Of a DNA stretch of 64,000 nucleotides, positions 1-14,725 are shown one piece after another. The notes below the pieces were generated by a model, which ran no database searches, was not told the origin of the DNA, and worked only from the letters and a program-made list of their open reading frames with translations. This DNA comes from Magallana gigas (taxonomy: Eukaryota). Made by a program: the position numbers and the translations under genes. The stretch is taken from NCBI RefSeq assembly GCF_963853765.1, contig NC_088860.1:6200001-6264000 (forward strand), written 5' to 3'. The first letter of the stretch is position 1, and every line of letters begins with the position of its first letter.

Positions 1-1354
1 ACTCTTCCAATCTCTACGGATGATCATGATTATAAAAATTCTTTTATTTAAAAACCTTGATTTGCAATAAATTGACTTTTGTGGAGCAATTCCTGAAGTA
101 AGCAACAACAGACTTAACCAAAAATAAAAAAAAAAATCCAAACAAAAAATCCAGCAGATCAGGAGAAAAATTACGACTACAAATCTGTGACTGCGGAAAT
201 AACCATAAATATCTGCAAAGGAACTTAAATCTAGAAGTCAGGGACACGCTAAATGCAATCTACATTGATTTCAGAGAAGGAAAGATATGAACAAGTCTTA
301 AAAGGGCTTAATCCTTGTTGCCATTTTTAGACTATTTAATCTTCTAGAAAAGGAGAGGTATTTGCAAAAACGAAAAAAAAGAAATCTTCATTGATCTTAA
401 AACTGAATCATAGGATTTTTTTAAAACTGAATATTTATTTTAGCTTGATAAATGATATCAAATCAGTTTAGAAGGAGCGGATGGGTAACTTCTTTATCAC
501 CTACATTGTACCTAGTCCCCTTTAGTCTGACAGGAATTATTTGAAATGCGAGAAAAATATCACGTGAATTAGAGGCAAAACTGTAAGTTTTGTTTTAAGT
601 CTAAAAAACAACTTGTTATCAAAACATTTGATTGCTTGACAATGAAACCTTTTGAAATATTTTACGCTGAAAATAAATTCCAGCTTTATAAAATACGACA
701 AGCAAAAGCAACCCTTGATTCCTACATTTCCTGCAATACCGCCATACCCTTTGTTTTTCAAAGAATCAATCGGTTAACTTTATGTCCCCGTCATATATCC
801 CTGAAACGATTTCAGTTATGTAATTATAAATATAATGGATAAACGGGTATTAAGATCTATATTCTTTGATAACCACAGAGAGGTGATTTTTAAAAAAAAT
901 CTTCTAAACAAGAGTACAATGTTAAAAAAATTATGATTTAAAAAATGTTTGTTTAAAAAAAATGTAAACTCATCCAAAGGAAAAATTATATAAAAGTAAT
1001 TTGCTGTTATGTTTTTCAAATTATCACAGTTTTGGCTTTGAAACGAAATATACCACAGAAAGATCAAACATATATGAAATTTTTAAAGCTAAGTTGAAAA
1101 TGGATGCCTTCTAGTGATTTAATGCATATTTATTCATTACACTAAATAAATCTTATTATTAAACCAAATAACAAAAACGTTCTATGCGTTCGAGGAAACT
1201 CAATATAACACCACGTGTTATAGTTACACATGTAGAATCGTGAATTTTTTTTATCAATTATCGTCAAAATTTACAAAAAGATTTGCAAAAGAACAATTGT
1301 ACACAAATTTGACACACTTAGAAAGGCGTCTGTCGTGGAAGACGTAGTTACGCA

Positions 1355-2770
1355 TAAAGACCTAAATGAAGGTGATATGATAGTACATCCTGGTATATAG
1401 ACCTTCAGAAAGGTGATGTAATAAATCACCCTGGTATATAGACCTACAGAAAGGTGATGTGATGGTACACTCTGGTATATAGACCTACAGAAAGGTGATG
1501 TGATGGTACATTCTGGTATATAGACCAACAGAAAGGTGATGTGATGGTACATCCTGGTATATAGACCTACAGAAAGGTGATGTGATGGTACACCCTGGTA
1601 TATAGACATACAGAAAGGTGATGATGGTACATCCTGGTATACAGACCTACAGAAAGGTGATGTGATGGTACACCCTGGTATATAGACATACAGAAAGGTG
1701 ATGATGGTACATCCTGGTATACAGACCTACAGAAAGGTGATGTGATGGTACACCCTGGTATATAGACATACAGAAAGGTGATGATGGTACATCCTGGTAT
1801 ATAGACCTACAGAAGGGTGATGTGATGGTACATCCTGATATATAGACCTACAAAAAGGTGATGTGATGGTACATCCTGATATATAGATCTACAGAAAGGT
1901 GATGTGATAGGACACCTTGGTATATAGATATACAGAAAGGTGATGTGATGGTAGATCCTGGTATATAGACCTACAGAAAGGTGATGTGATAGTACATCCT
2001 GATATATAGACCTACAGAAAGGTGATGTGATGGTACATCCTGATATATAGATCTACAGAAAGGTGATGTGATAGGACACCTTGGTATATAGATATACAGA
2101 AAGGTGATGTGATGGTACATCCTGGTATATAGACCTACAGAAAGGTGATGCGTTAATTCATCCTGGAACATAGATATACAGAAAGGTGATGCACCCTGGT
2201 ATATAGACCTACAGAAAGGTGATGTGATGGTAGATCCTGATATATAGATATACAGAAAGGTGATGTGATAATTCATCCTGGTATATAGACCTACAGAAAC
2301 GTGATGTGATAATTCATCCTGGTATATAGACCTACAGAAAGGTGATGTGATGGTACACCCTGGTATATAGACCTACAGAAAAGTGATGTGATGGTACACC
2401 CTGGTATATAGACCTACAGAAAAGTGATGTGATAATTCATCTTTGTATATAGATATTCAGAAAGGTGATGTGATGGTACACTCTGGTATATGGACCTACA
2501 GAAAGGTGATTTGATTATACCTCCTTGTATATAGACCTATAGAAAGGTGATGTTTTAGTACATCCTGGTATATAGACCTACAGAAAGGTGATGTGATGGT
2601 ACATCCTGGTATATAGACCTACAGAAAGGTGATGTGATGGTAGATCCTGATATATAGATATACAGAAAGGTGATGTGATATTACATTCTGGTATAAAGAT
2701 TTACAAAAAAGTGATCTGATGGTACACCCTGGTATATAGACCTACAAAAAGGTGATTTGATAGCATACTC
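1355..2770. repeat. 41-bp minisatellite (consensus AAAGGTGATGTGATGGTACATCCTGGTATATAGACCTACAG), about 34 copies, some 39-bp variants
   Basis: Head-to-tail units read directly; no unique spacers; the minus-strand ORFs here are artefacts of the repeat. Boundaries approximate. Confidence 0.95.
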
Positions 2771-3798
2771 TTTACACCGTTAGACGGTAGAAAGTCCTAT
2801 GTGAATAATCATTTTTTTGGAAATTTCAATGAGAATTTTCAGAAGCCTTGCTTTACACTTGAATACAATTTTATGTGGTATTGTTCGTGGTTCACCTAGA
2901 ATGTGATCTACTGCACAAAGGCCAGGTTTAAAAATGCTTTAACTTATGTTATCATCAGAAACAGTAAAAATGTTTTCTACTCCTGGCAGTTTACAATGAT
3001 GTCACTTCCTCTGTGTCACTTTCATCTAGTGAAAAAACTCAGATCATTTGTTACGGACAAATTAACTTATAACGACCAAGCTTTACCTGTCGATTGGCGG
3101 ATCTGCGGGACGAACACTTCATGAACATAAAAATCAATGCCCAAATGTCAAAGATGAATCAAATCAACTGATTTCTTTCCAATTGTATCGACTTTCTCAC
3201 TCCAGTACAGTTTTACAACTATCAATTACATGGCATTTAAATCAGAGCGTTTTTCTCTAAATAAAAATTGCATTATGTACCAGGGGTGTGACTAATTAGA
3301 AAAAAATACGATTAAAATTTAAATGATAGCAAATACAGAAATGAACAAGGGTTAATGTGGAAACTTTTTAAGAAGGGAATCTGAAAGTTTTGACATCTTT
3401 CTAATTTATATTTCATCTAAAACAATGTTTTTATTGTAAAATACCAATAAGATAAATTAAATTAAAAATTAGAATATGGTCTAAACGGTAGAATCGTTAT
3501 ATTCACGCATAAAAACAGATAAAACAAAATAAAATCGGAAATTAGAAACACACAATGTACAGTATCTCCGAAGAGAATGTGTCAATTAAAATGCTTAATA
3601 GAAATTTGCCTTATATCTATCAAAATACAAAATATATGTTGGTCATTGGCTATTTAAACATTTCTCGTATCAACAAAACAGTGTTTGCCTTGTTCATAGC
3701 ACGCGCTTATTGCTTGTCGCTTGGATTATTGTAAACATTAAATCTCGGTAATTATAACAGTTCTGAACGATTTGTCTTTTTCAAACTTAAATACAAGT

Positions 3799-3946
3799 AA
3801 TAAACAGCATGTTAAAAAGTTCACCGGGATATGAAGTTGGTTGGTACGTGATAAAATCTACTGAGAAGCCCTTCGTCCTTCACAGGATTTGATCACGTGA
3901 CCAACCAACTTCATATCCCAGTGAACTTTTTAAATTGCTGTTTATT
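3799..3946. mobile_element. Palindromic MITE-like element (about 55-bp inverted arms, about 40-bp spacer)
   Basis: AATAAACAGCATGTTAAAAAGTTCACCGGGATATGAAGTTGGTTGGTACGTGAT (3799-3852) is the near-perfect reverse complement of 3892-3946. Confidence 0.7.
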
Positions 3947-6900
3947 TCTTTAATTGATTACAGTGTATTCAACGCATGTTGATGTAACAGAGGCGAGGAA
4001 TGAAATTAATGAAGAATATTTTCTTTACACTACTTCAAAGACAAGAAACAGAACAGATTTAGAACTTTGACCTACAACCGATTAAACACAAGTCTATTGA
4101 TAACAAATTTTACTTTTCGAACACACCCCTACTTATGATTTCTGTCCTCTTATAACATTAAAAAACACTGTCGCCAATTTCATTCTATGTAGCAATCATG
4201 AAAAAAAAATAAAATATTTAAGTTAAGAATTTTCTTTTCAAACTATGATTTATAAACCGTGCTGTTTATATATATTTAAAATCAATTTCGCAAAAAAGGT
4301 TTGTCACTTGGCGAGTGTGTGTCTCAGCCATTTGAACCGCATCAGCAACAATTTAGATTTAACGATAGTGGAAAAGAACTAAGGCGAGATTAAACTGGTC
4401 AAAAGATGTTTAAAACGTTTTAAAGTTCATGATTTGACTTGGTAAAAATACCTGAAAATATCTGAACCGCCTGCAATATATTAATTCGAACCCATTAACT
4501 CTGACTTAATTTAATTCCAAGACTAGCAGTAAGGCAAAATAATAAAACGACACAAATCAATTTGCATGAACTTCAGATTCTTTTTAGCTATCTTTCCCAC
4601 AGATAATTAAGGAGAAAGCCATATTGAAATAATTATAAAGACTTGCAAAGTAATCGGGACGGTAATAGGAAAACGGGCAGGAAACTTAAAAAGGATGCTC
4701 TAAATCGATACAATAAAAGAATCTAATTTAGTGAAGACAAAACCATAATGAAAGAGATGTTATCCCGTAGGAGGAATGTACGTGTAAAGAGAACAGTCCT
4801 CATTCAATTCTGTGTTAATTGGATTAAAATCAAAATGAAAATATAAAAAAGGATCTTGAAACGTACCGATATTTTTCAGAGAATGCTAATAGTTTTATTT
4901 TTACGGGCCATCGTAGCTTAAAACATGAAATAATTTTTTTAAAGGTAAAATTTGAAATATTTTCATTGATTGTCACATCTAATCTAATCATTCTTGATTA
5001 AGATATTTTTGATAAGCTTCTTAATATCGACCATACAAACAAACTGTGATACTTACCGCTAGCGTATATCTCCTCTCAATTTCCTCGCTGCCAGTCCTTT
5101 TGCATCACACTGCGGCAGTGAGACAGAATCTCCCCTTTATCAACGAAAGCTGTGGAAGGTAAAAAAGATCAATAATTATTTCACCTTCGTCATGTTAGAA
5201 CTCTGATAAAACGAGCAGTTTCTTTGCAGAGAAATAAAATCTGCAGCATCGAGCAAATGAATACAACGCCATTTGGTATAATCGAGGAGACTGTTAATTC
5301 CTTATATATTGAAATTAGAGTTACTTTATACATTGTCGTTACTTTTCAGCACTAGTGATTACATCTGTCTTTAACTTAATTCAAATATTTATAACTTATA
5401 ATTCAGTAAAGGATACAGTTTATTCACCTCTTAATTAATGTTAATTAGATAAGTGTTGTTAATAGGTAAATGCATTAACAGACGAGTCGAACAAAATCGA
5501 TTAGAATAAGCCGGACACCGCATTGCTTAATCCGACGATAATAATGTTGTTTAAAAATACAATTTGGAGAGTAGAAGACAAATTATATGCTATTGGAATG
5601 TCGTATTGGATTTGAGTGACGGATAGTTTGCATTGCGAGGTAAATTAGGGCATGTATAATGGTGCCATTAAGAGATTAAGGGATGATGGCGAAATTGGAT
5701 CCCATTTGATGAATAAGATGAAATATAATATGAACCAATAAACTAAAGCAATTCACATTGGTTGAGAGAGTGTACATATGCTTTTGGTAAGATATCGTAG
5801 TTTTTTTCCCAATAATTGTGTTACAAAATTAAATCAAATCTACATGTATTCAAATGCAGCTAAGATGTAATGCAAGTAAATCAAATAATTGTGATGATAG
5901 TTATTGTTATTTGTTTCTTTCACTAAATAGGATTTTTTTTATCGAATAACATTTGCAATAAACATGTGAAAGTTTTTTTTCCAAAGAGAACACGGTTAGT
6001 TACGGTACACTACAGAAAACACCTTATTAAAATCAAATACTAAGCACTATCATATTTTTCTTTATGATTCAACTTCACTTTCGGGTCACATGGTCATCAA
6101 GAATTTAAAGTCAGTGGCAGAAACTGCTGCTAATTACAAAGAATATGTCTGCAATATATATTTCGCAATTCTTGGGCGAAGAAATTTATTCAATGAATGA
6201 TCTTTAAATACTTATATATCATTTGTAAATTTCCATTTCATTATTTACTTTAATCACTTTTAGGTGATCCTTTTATATTTTAGGCGAAACAGCTCTTTCC
6301 GTAACTTCTTTTCCTTATCTACATTGTGGCATTTATTAATAATTAACTACATTCAAAATAATTTTTCATTTTTCAGTGTCTATCGGTTTTAAACACTTTT
6401 CCTCGGAGAAAATGAATCAATGCTTATTCAAATCATCTACACTAGCACTTATTTTTTTCTCAAAAAATTCTCTCCTTTAATCTTGAATAAGAAAAAACTA
6501 GATTTGTGAAATCAATAAACCATCCAAAGAAGAGAAAACTGTAAGAATTATCATCCGTCGTGTATTATCTGGCATGAGCGCATTCGACTAAAAAATAAAA
6601 AGGAAAGACTGACTTATAAGATCTGATCACCAGAACAGGGACTCTACTCTGACATTTACGAGCTCTTGAACTGACCATGTCAATTTCAGAGAACCCCTCT
6701 AATGAGCATCGATTTTTTTTTGCACAAGTATACACTTTGGTTATGACAAGAAGCTATAAGGGCCATGTCTGATTTTGTCAAAGCCTCCTAGTTAAAGGGA
6801 GAACAAATATATCCTGCCATAATGATTGTTTCTGGCGATGTGGACCACAATGGGCAAATGTTTTAATGTTTAAATATCAAACTGCAATTGGGTTCTTTAA

Positions 6901-8728
6901 AATTCAAAATTAATAGCAATAAATAAGTGGGTATTACATCAAGTTTTTACATCATCTTTTAGGCGTTGATAGATATATATAGCACTGTCCATGCAACACA
7001 ATCTCCAGGGGGTAAGTTAAATCAATTTGTTTCAGAAGAGTTCAAATGAAATGCAAGAAAATGTTATATCTTTTGTTTGCGTTCTAAATAAAAGAATGAA
7101 ATATATATATGGTACGAGTTTAATCTTTACACGCAAAAACTATGTCGACGTCATAGGGTTATGTTTTTTGGCATGATGTGTCCTATTAGGGTATAAATTG
7201 CATCCTTAATAAATCGAAAAAGCTAATAAGAAAGAAGGCACTGCTCACTGAAAAAACATACACAATAGAAATGGATTTTCTTTGTAATTTATTACTGAAA
7301 GTAAAATATCGTATGGTTTAAGTAAGTTGTTTCCGACAGACGAATATAATGGGACAGACGCAGGTTCATTTTATCTACTCTGTCTAGCTGCTGAAAGGGT
7401 TGGTAGGTTTATTTTGTAAACCAGAATATTTCTGGACCCTTCACTACAATTCTTTTTATCCACTGATTCAGATTATAACAAATGCACTTGAGTACACTTG
7501 AGTACACTTTTCCAAAGAGATAAAGAACAGATAGACGCATAGAAATCTTATACTATCAAATCGACAGTGTCCATGGATAGTTTCCCACCTTTTTTCCTAG
7601 TTTGTTTTATTAAACAATGATATTGGTGCGATTTGGTATACTTTCGAGAGGTCGACAGTTTGTATCAATCCATTTGTAATAGCACAATTCATCAACTTGG
7701 AGGTTATCGTTCAGCCATAACATGCGCTCAATTTCTGATCACAGTTTGTTCCTAGAGATGTGCGTGACAAAGGCTAATTGCTGCTCAGCTGATGACACAG
7801 CTTTACCGGTGTCGGTAATGGTCATAGATACGACGAGAATACATTAGTGACCCAGCACTCTCCGATCACATCCTCCAGTAGCCTTACAGTAATGGGTTTC
7901 TTCTTAGAGACGGAAGCCAACATAAAAAAGACTTTTTAACCTCAGTTTAACATGTCTTAAGAACGTGGTGAGAAAAGACCAGCCTCTTCTGAATTCTGTC
8001 CTAATTAAGAAAGGAAGCATCCCTTTTCACATGTTTTGATCCCATTAATTTTTTCCTTTTAATTTCGTCGTTGATACCCTGCTAATTTTATCTGGCATTA
8101 TCATCATTATGAAAGGCCTTTTGCAATGGATTGTCTTCATTATGTGTGGCAAAGCGTCGGTTGATAGCAATGGTCCGCCGGCGATAATTGCTTCCATATA
8201 AATCTGGTATTTTTATGTGTATGAATATAATCTAAGGGACAATTGTTTTGTTTCAAAACATCAACGGTAAATCATTGTTAACATGCATGTATACACATCG
8301 TACATTATGGAATTAGTGACTTTTAATGAAACCGATATGATGATTTCTCAAACCAAGAGGATCAATATTCAATGAAACGGCTTTGATGATTTCGAGTAAA
8401 TATCATAAGATTTTATGTAAACAAGAGAGAAGAAAAGCCCCGGGAAAAAGTAAAAAAAAAGAGATGAAATTAAACGGTACTTACGACAAACTTTGCCTTT
8501 GCAAATTTTATGGCATACACTTAATTATTTGAATTCCATATGATTAGCCATTGCAATTTTTAAAAATATTTTTATCTGCTTGTAGATTTGGATACAGAAG
8601 AGTTCTTTTTTCCTAATTAGGACCATCATTAAAGCCAAGAAAAATTCATGTCATGGGAATATTCTCAACAAAACATGCCTCTGCTGTTTTCGGTCATACA
8701 AACAATGCCACTGAAACTCATTGTGACA

Positions 8729-9025
8729 CAAACCATGCCACAGGAATTCTCTCAGCCATTCAAACCATGCCACAGGAATTCTCTTAGTCATTCAAACCAT
8801 GCCACAGGAATTCTCTCGGCCATTCAAACCATGCCACAGGAATTCTCTCAGTCATTCAAACCATGCTACAAGAATTTACTGTGACATACTTTATGCCACA
8901 GGAATCTCTCAGTCATTCAAACCATGCTACAGGAATTCTCTCAGTCATTCAAACCATGCCACAGGAATTCTCTCAGCCATTCAAACCATGCCACAGGAAT
9001 TCTCTCAGTCATTCAAACCATGCCA
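8729..9025. repeat. 32-bp minisatellite (CAAACCATGCCACAGGAATTCTCTCAGYCATT), about 9 units with variant units
   Basis: Direct reading. The three overlapping ORFs at 8648-9099 are the three frames of the repeat. Confidence 0.9.
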
Positions 9026-11054
9026 CCGTGATTTACTGTGACATTTTCCATACTACAGTATTTCTCATGGTTTACAATCCGTGCGGAATTCTTTCCTGAA
9101 GTACCACTCCATTCCACTGCAATTCGCAATTTTCCTTTATTTTATAATGAAAGAAATTTTTTGAGTGTTTAACGATATCCAAACACATGAATATCAATTT
9201 TAAAGACAATGAGATTATAATTATTCTTTCTTTTGGTATAAATCAATCAAAGATGCTATACAAGGATTGATTGTAGGTTCATATACATGAGTATATATGA
9301 GATTTTTTTCATTATTAGTTTTATTTGGAATAAAGTTCAAGTATTAATGCAGAGAAAATTGATTTTACAGAAATCTGATACATGAATATGTGTATTGTCG
9401 TCGAAATCCAAGTCTTTAATGAAAGATCAATGGGGCGAGAAAATAATTTGATTTGGATTTTCTGATAGCACAAAAAGTCGATGAAAATGATTCTTCCGTC
9501 CGAAATTCTTAAGTGTACATACACGTATTGTTTAGTTTAAGGAGGCTGGGTGGTCAACAAATTAACAATCAAATCATCCTTAAATTCTTAGACATAATTA
9601 GTTTAGCTATAAACTACCAATATATAAAGAAAAAATCCATAAATTTTACCTTTGAATTTGAAAAAAAAATACCCTATATTTTGTTTGCTGTTGGTGTCAA
9701 TATAAGTTCTACCAAACTATAAAAACATACAGATGTATATATTGTTTTCTTTTTAATTTGTGTCAATTCAGTACGTTTAAGGTATTCTGCAATTGACCCA
9801 ACTTTCCAGAAAATACGGCTTATCCATATAGTACCTCTTGAAAGCTAAGACATAATCTCTTTCAGTACAAGGCTGTCTTATTCCTTGTAGGACCAGACAA
9901 GTTTATAATTGTGTTAGCACATCTGACGCGTGTATCCATGGGCCTTGCATAGTAAAGTTTTGCACGATATGAATTACTATTTTGTTTCAACCACAATACC
10001 ATATGATTTTTTCGTCTCTTATGTCCAACAAGATTTCGTTATTTTCATCCAGAAGCGGAGTCTCGGGTCGGCGATTTGGTCCAGGGGTGTCTTTTTTTTT
10101 TTTTTACTTGGCAAGGGAACAGTTTCTTCAATGGAAAAAAAATCACTACCGAGGAAATTGTAAGTTACATAAGTGATCAACAACAGAATAATAATGTTAG
10201 AAAGCAGTACATATGTATCTGAAAAAAGATGATATTTAAAAGTGCTTGAATTCCCATGTTGCCGCCGGGGACGGAGATTTGTTTGCAATGCCGTTAGATA
10301 GAGCTAGGGCGCAGTGGTGTCTTTTACTAATTAACAATGTTTAATTCTCAAGGAGCTATGGACTCATTTCAAGTTGACTCAATGACAATTGAAAATTGCT
10401 TATTAGTAAAAAAAACCAAAAAAAAACCCATTAGGTTTGCAGGTATTCGGTATGATTTGAATAAACTTGTAATTTGCGTTTCTTTAAATACATAAACATG
10501 TAACGGATACCATATGCAGAAAACAGTTGTGTTTTATTTTGATTAATTATTTTTCGTAGAGGAAGGATAAATTTGGCATTACATTTCTACACATCCCTAT
10601 GGAGTAGGAATTGTATTAATGTAAAGGTCGTTTTTTTAAAGAAATAATAAAATATTGTTCGTTGTACCGGATTAACAGACATCCATATTTCTCTAATGAT
10701 GTACATACCCCTGGTGAATACGTCAGTTGATTCATTTTAATTTCGTTCCAACATCAAATGTTTCAGTTTTTTGTGAAAATCAATTGTTCTTTTATTTTTT
10801 TATTTTCTTGGTTTAGATTAGATTCTTCTGATAGAGATGGGCATACGCTGGTGTCAACCACCGGTCAGTGTTTTTACCGAGTCCCCAGTGATACATGATT
10901 GGTCATGAAAAATATCCATCAAGTTCGTTATCAGTATCCAGTGACGACAATAGAGTATATTCTAACGTTAATGACCAAGGAAAGGCAAATAGATCTGTGA
11001 AACGTCCATATAGGTTTGTGTATGTTTAAATGTTTAATCTTCTATAAAATGATC

Positions 11055-11057
<3 letters not shown>

Positions 11058-11112
<55 letters not shown>
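11058..11112. repeat. (GA)n microsatellite
   Basis: Direct reading. Confidence 0.95.
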
Positions 11113-13681
11113 GGGGGTTATTAGAATCGTCCTTAGAAATGACATGTTTTATGTATCACTTTAATTAATGATAAAGATTTCTAGATATGATGTTGTTAAA
11201 GTCAGCATTTGCCATGTACCTCTTATGTTTACAATAATAATCGAGGATTCTCTTTAAACAGAGGGTTTAAGTTGGGGTTAGGAATAAAAGAACCAAAATA
11301 GTCTGTATTGGTCCAGAGGTACTAGTAACCTCTCAGATTTGGGCAGGAAAAGACCGTTGAGTTCCACTCTTCGTTCGTGGCCCCGAGGCCTGGTAAACCA
11401 CAGACATGTTTGACACTGAAAAGAAATAATAGGAGTTTGATTTACATTGTATTTTATAGCTTATTTACTATAAATACGTTCGAATATTTCCAAGTATAGG
11501 TGTGATATTAATGTACATGTAAGTCAAATCACTTTTGTACAGTTCTGTACTTAAAAAGATATCTGACGGCCTAGAAAACTTTTTTATGACGTTCTGCTGT
11601 CAGTTGAAATCCGTTAAACATAGTTTCTACAGAACAATATTCCAGAGGTAGGGGGAATTGATTATCACCGTTTGAATATTTTAAAGAAATAAGGACATGT
11701 ATAAACATGATGCCTATCTTACAATTATTGTGCAAAATGTCTTTCATCAGTATCTGTATAAAAGTAAGCACATGAGTTTTTAAATGCATATAATGACTAG
11801 CCCCTATTTTACAGAACGTCATATTTTAAAAGAAAAACCCAAATATCTTACTCATTGATTCAATATAACACAAAGAGTATATTATTTGTACATTTCAAAA
11901 TTCTATATATATTTTCAAGCATCATCAAAATATTGTTTATATTCAATATGTCTTCTTTTTTCGAAAGTAGGTCATCTATAAACTATTCTTCGAATTGAAA
12001 GTCGATCTTTCCCTGATATCTCCCGATTGATTTATATTTATGATAGATAGTAAATCAAATAATTTTGTGATTCTTTTGTTTTGTTTGTGTTTTTTTTGTT
12101 TACAATTTAGAACCCACCTATCAGGCACATTGATGGTCAGTCCAGTATCTCTTTCATGTTAGTCATGGACCAATGTCACTCCTTTACTCTTCCTTTGGTG
12201 TTACAATATATACCAAATCTCAGTAAAGATATTGAAATAACATTCACCTTATACCTAAACGTTTCCAAAAAATCTTGTGAGATGATATGATATTTCCTAA
12301 ATATTTTCTTGGAGTGATAATGAATGGCAATATCAATGTTTTTTTCTGAAAGTTTCGTTTTGTTTGGCTACAAAAATGAATATTTATTTATCTATTCTAG
12401 AAATAGCATATTTCGTTACAAAATAGGCCTATATAAAACCTCCTTACATTTTTTATCATTCTTTGTTTCTTTACATAATATAACATTTTATCCTTACTGC
12501 ATTCAACTATATATTTGATTTTCTATGTTTGCCTACATCACCTGTTTGTATCAACATACATGTACATGTACCAATTTTGTTTGTCTCACTGTTTTTCAGT
12601 TTTCTTACACATAACCAATTTTCCAGTTTTTATTAGGAATTCGTGCACTAAGGTGGGAATTTATCTTTGGTTTCAATAAAGATTTTGATTTTATAAAAAC
12701 TATTTCAGACCTTGTTAATCTTTTTTTCATCAATTCTTGCCTATTGTATTTCTAGTTTCTTTCCCGTAGGGAATTTTAACTTTGCTATTAAGGACGCAAT
12801 AACCAATTCACAACAGAGATTTACCTATACTCCAAACCTTTTAAATCTGATTTAAAAAAAAATTCAGCCAAAAGAAAATTCATATCAGCCTGTTTAACTC
12901 AATTTCCTTTTGTGAATACGCAGATCTAGAAAAAGAGGAGAGGTTCCCAATCACGTGACAGGGATGTGAGAAGACATGATGATCAGCACTGGTCTAATCT
13001 GATGATAGAGAAGACAAATATTAGAAATATTTATCTACAACATGTTAATTTTTGGTCAGAGAACGTGGAGGGTGCCAGTGATAGTGTCATCATCGTTAGT
13101 CCCCCCACCTCCCTCTTATTTTCTGTATCTTTCTTTTGTATGTTTTCTGATATAATAAGTCAATTTTCTTAACAAACAATCAAACAAATGAATAACTGAA
13201 AGCACGAAAAATTTAGTTCACATCGAGGTAGTGTATGCATTCAACTTCGCTTATAATATTATCATATAATTAATTCGTCTAATTATGAAGCATGCTCTCA
13301 AATCATATATAATTGTATTTAGATAAATTAAAAGTGATCGATATCGAGTTTTAGCAGCATGATAACTAAACATGGAGCTAATGAAATACTATATATACAT
13401 GTAGAGTCATTCGATATGTCTGTTCATTTATATTAACAGCAGGTTTATCTTCGACAAAGGAGAACTATATGTGGCTCTCTATGTGATGTAGAGTCGATGA
13501 ACTACAGTTATGATGGCAATATACCATCTATCTTTATACCTCCTATCATGTAAATCAGGTAACAGTATGTAGAGAATACGGCCATGCATCTCTGTAATTC
13601 CGTTCATTTCCTCCCAATATGATAAGTAAATAGGTAATTATACGGTAAGTAAATAGGTTAATAAGTATTGTCGGTTTGTGG

Positions 13682-14693
13682 CAACGCACTTTGAAAAAAT
13701 TACACACTTTGAAAAAAAAATCAAAGTGCATTAAATTTGGGACCAAGTTCACGCACTTTGAAAAAAAAATATCAACAGTCTTTTATTATCGAGACACCTA
13801 ACGCACTTTGTAAAAATATATATAAATCACGAATTCTGGAATTAAATTTCCCATTTGTTGATAATATGATGATTTGTTAACACTAGTGAAACTCATTTAC
13901 CGTCTTTGAGAATGGGTTGGGGTTGGGATTAACTAAAGATGCAGGTCATTTAACTGTTTACAGGTCAATTAATTGGTTACAGGAAGAAGGTCCCCTACCC
14001 CTCATCTTTCCATCCAAACCATATGATAGTCAGCAACTTGGAGTAAACTTATAAGAACTGAAAAAAGAAATACGCTTTGTTATAAATTAAGTACAGTGAT
14101 ATCGTAAAAACGAGCTGGCCAAACAATAATATCTCCAATGGTATGTTAAAGAATCTCTAAGTGTTTTAACATAAACCCTCTTTTCACATTCTAATCAAAT
14201 AAATCACTTCATTATAAAAAAAAAGTTACATTGACAAATATTAAATTATTATAAACTTCAAAATAATCATAAGGTATGAGGTTTTTTTCTCGCACTGATG
14301 TTCTAAAAGATCATATTTTTTCATAACAAACGTATCCTTTTTTCACATCATGTTTAATTCGTTTATAAGCACATGCAATTGAAGTTGGTATATGTTAGTC
14401 ATTGATCTTCATTATCAAAATATAAAAATCATTTTTAAGCCATATTTGGATAATTCAAATCTTCCGCGTTTTTCTTTATGTGTAAATTGTCAAAATACAT
14501 ATTGAGCATATGAGAAAAGAAAAAAATCTAATCGAAAACTGTTTATCAAGTTAGCTGAGAATGCATTGGGTTCTTTTTAATATATTCAATTGAGCTAAAT
14601 AAGGTTAATTGAATATATAAAAGTATCAATTATTTCAACCAAACCCTAAACAATTTTTTTTCAAAGTGCGTTAATATCGTTATCAACGTTATC

Positions 14694-14725
<32 letters not shown>

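Noticed and set aside
1271-2760. CRISPR-like or coding interpretation of the 41-bp array (ORFs 1271-1609, 1971-2276)
   Set aside because: The units are contiguous with no unique spacers, there are no cas genes, the DNA is eukaryotic, and the 41-bp period is not a multiple of 3.
5057-5149. Selenocysteine read-through of the TGA in the 93-nt minus-strand exon-like segment
   Set aside because: No recognisable selenoprotein motif or SECIS, and no adjoining exons forming a protein.
8648-9099. Three overlapping plus-strand ORFs
   Set aside because: They are the three frames of a 32-bp minisatellite.
9781-10340. Possible additional TTAA-GG element starting GGTATTCTGCAATTGACC
   Set aside because: No matching inverted end or second TTAA boundary was found.
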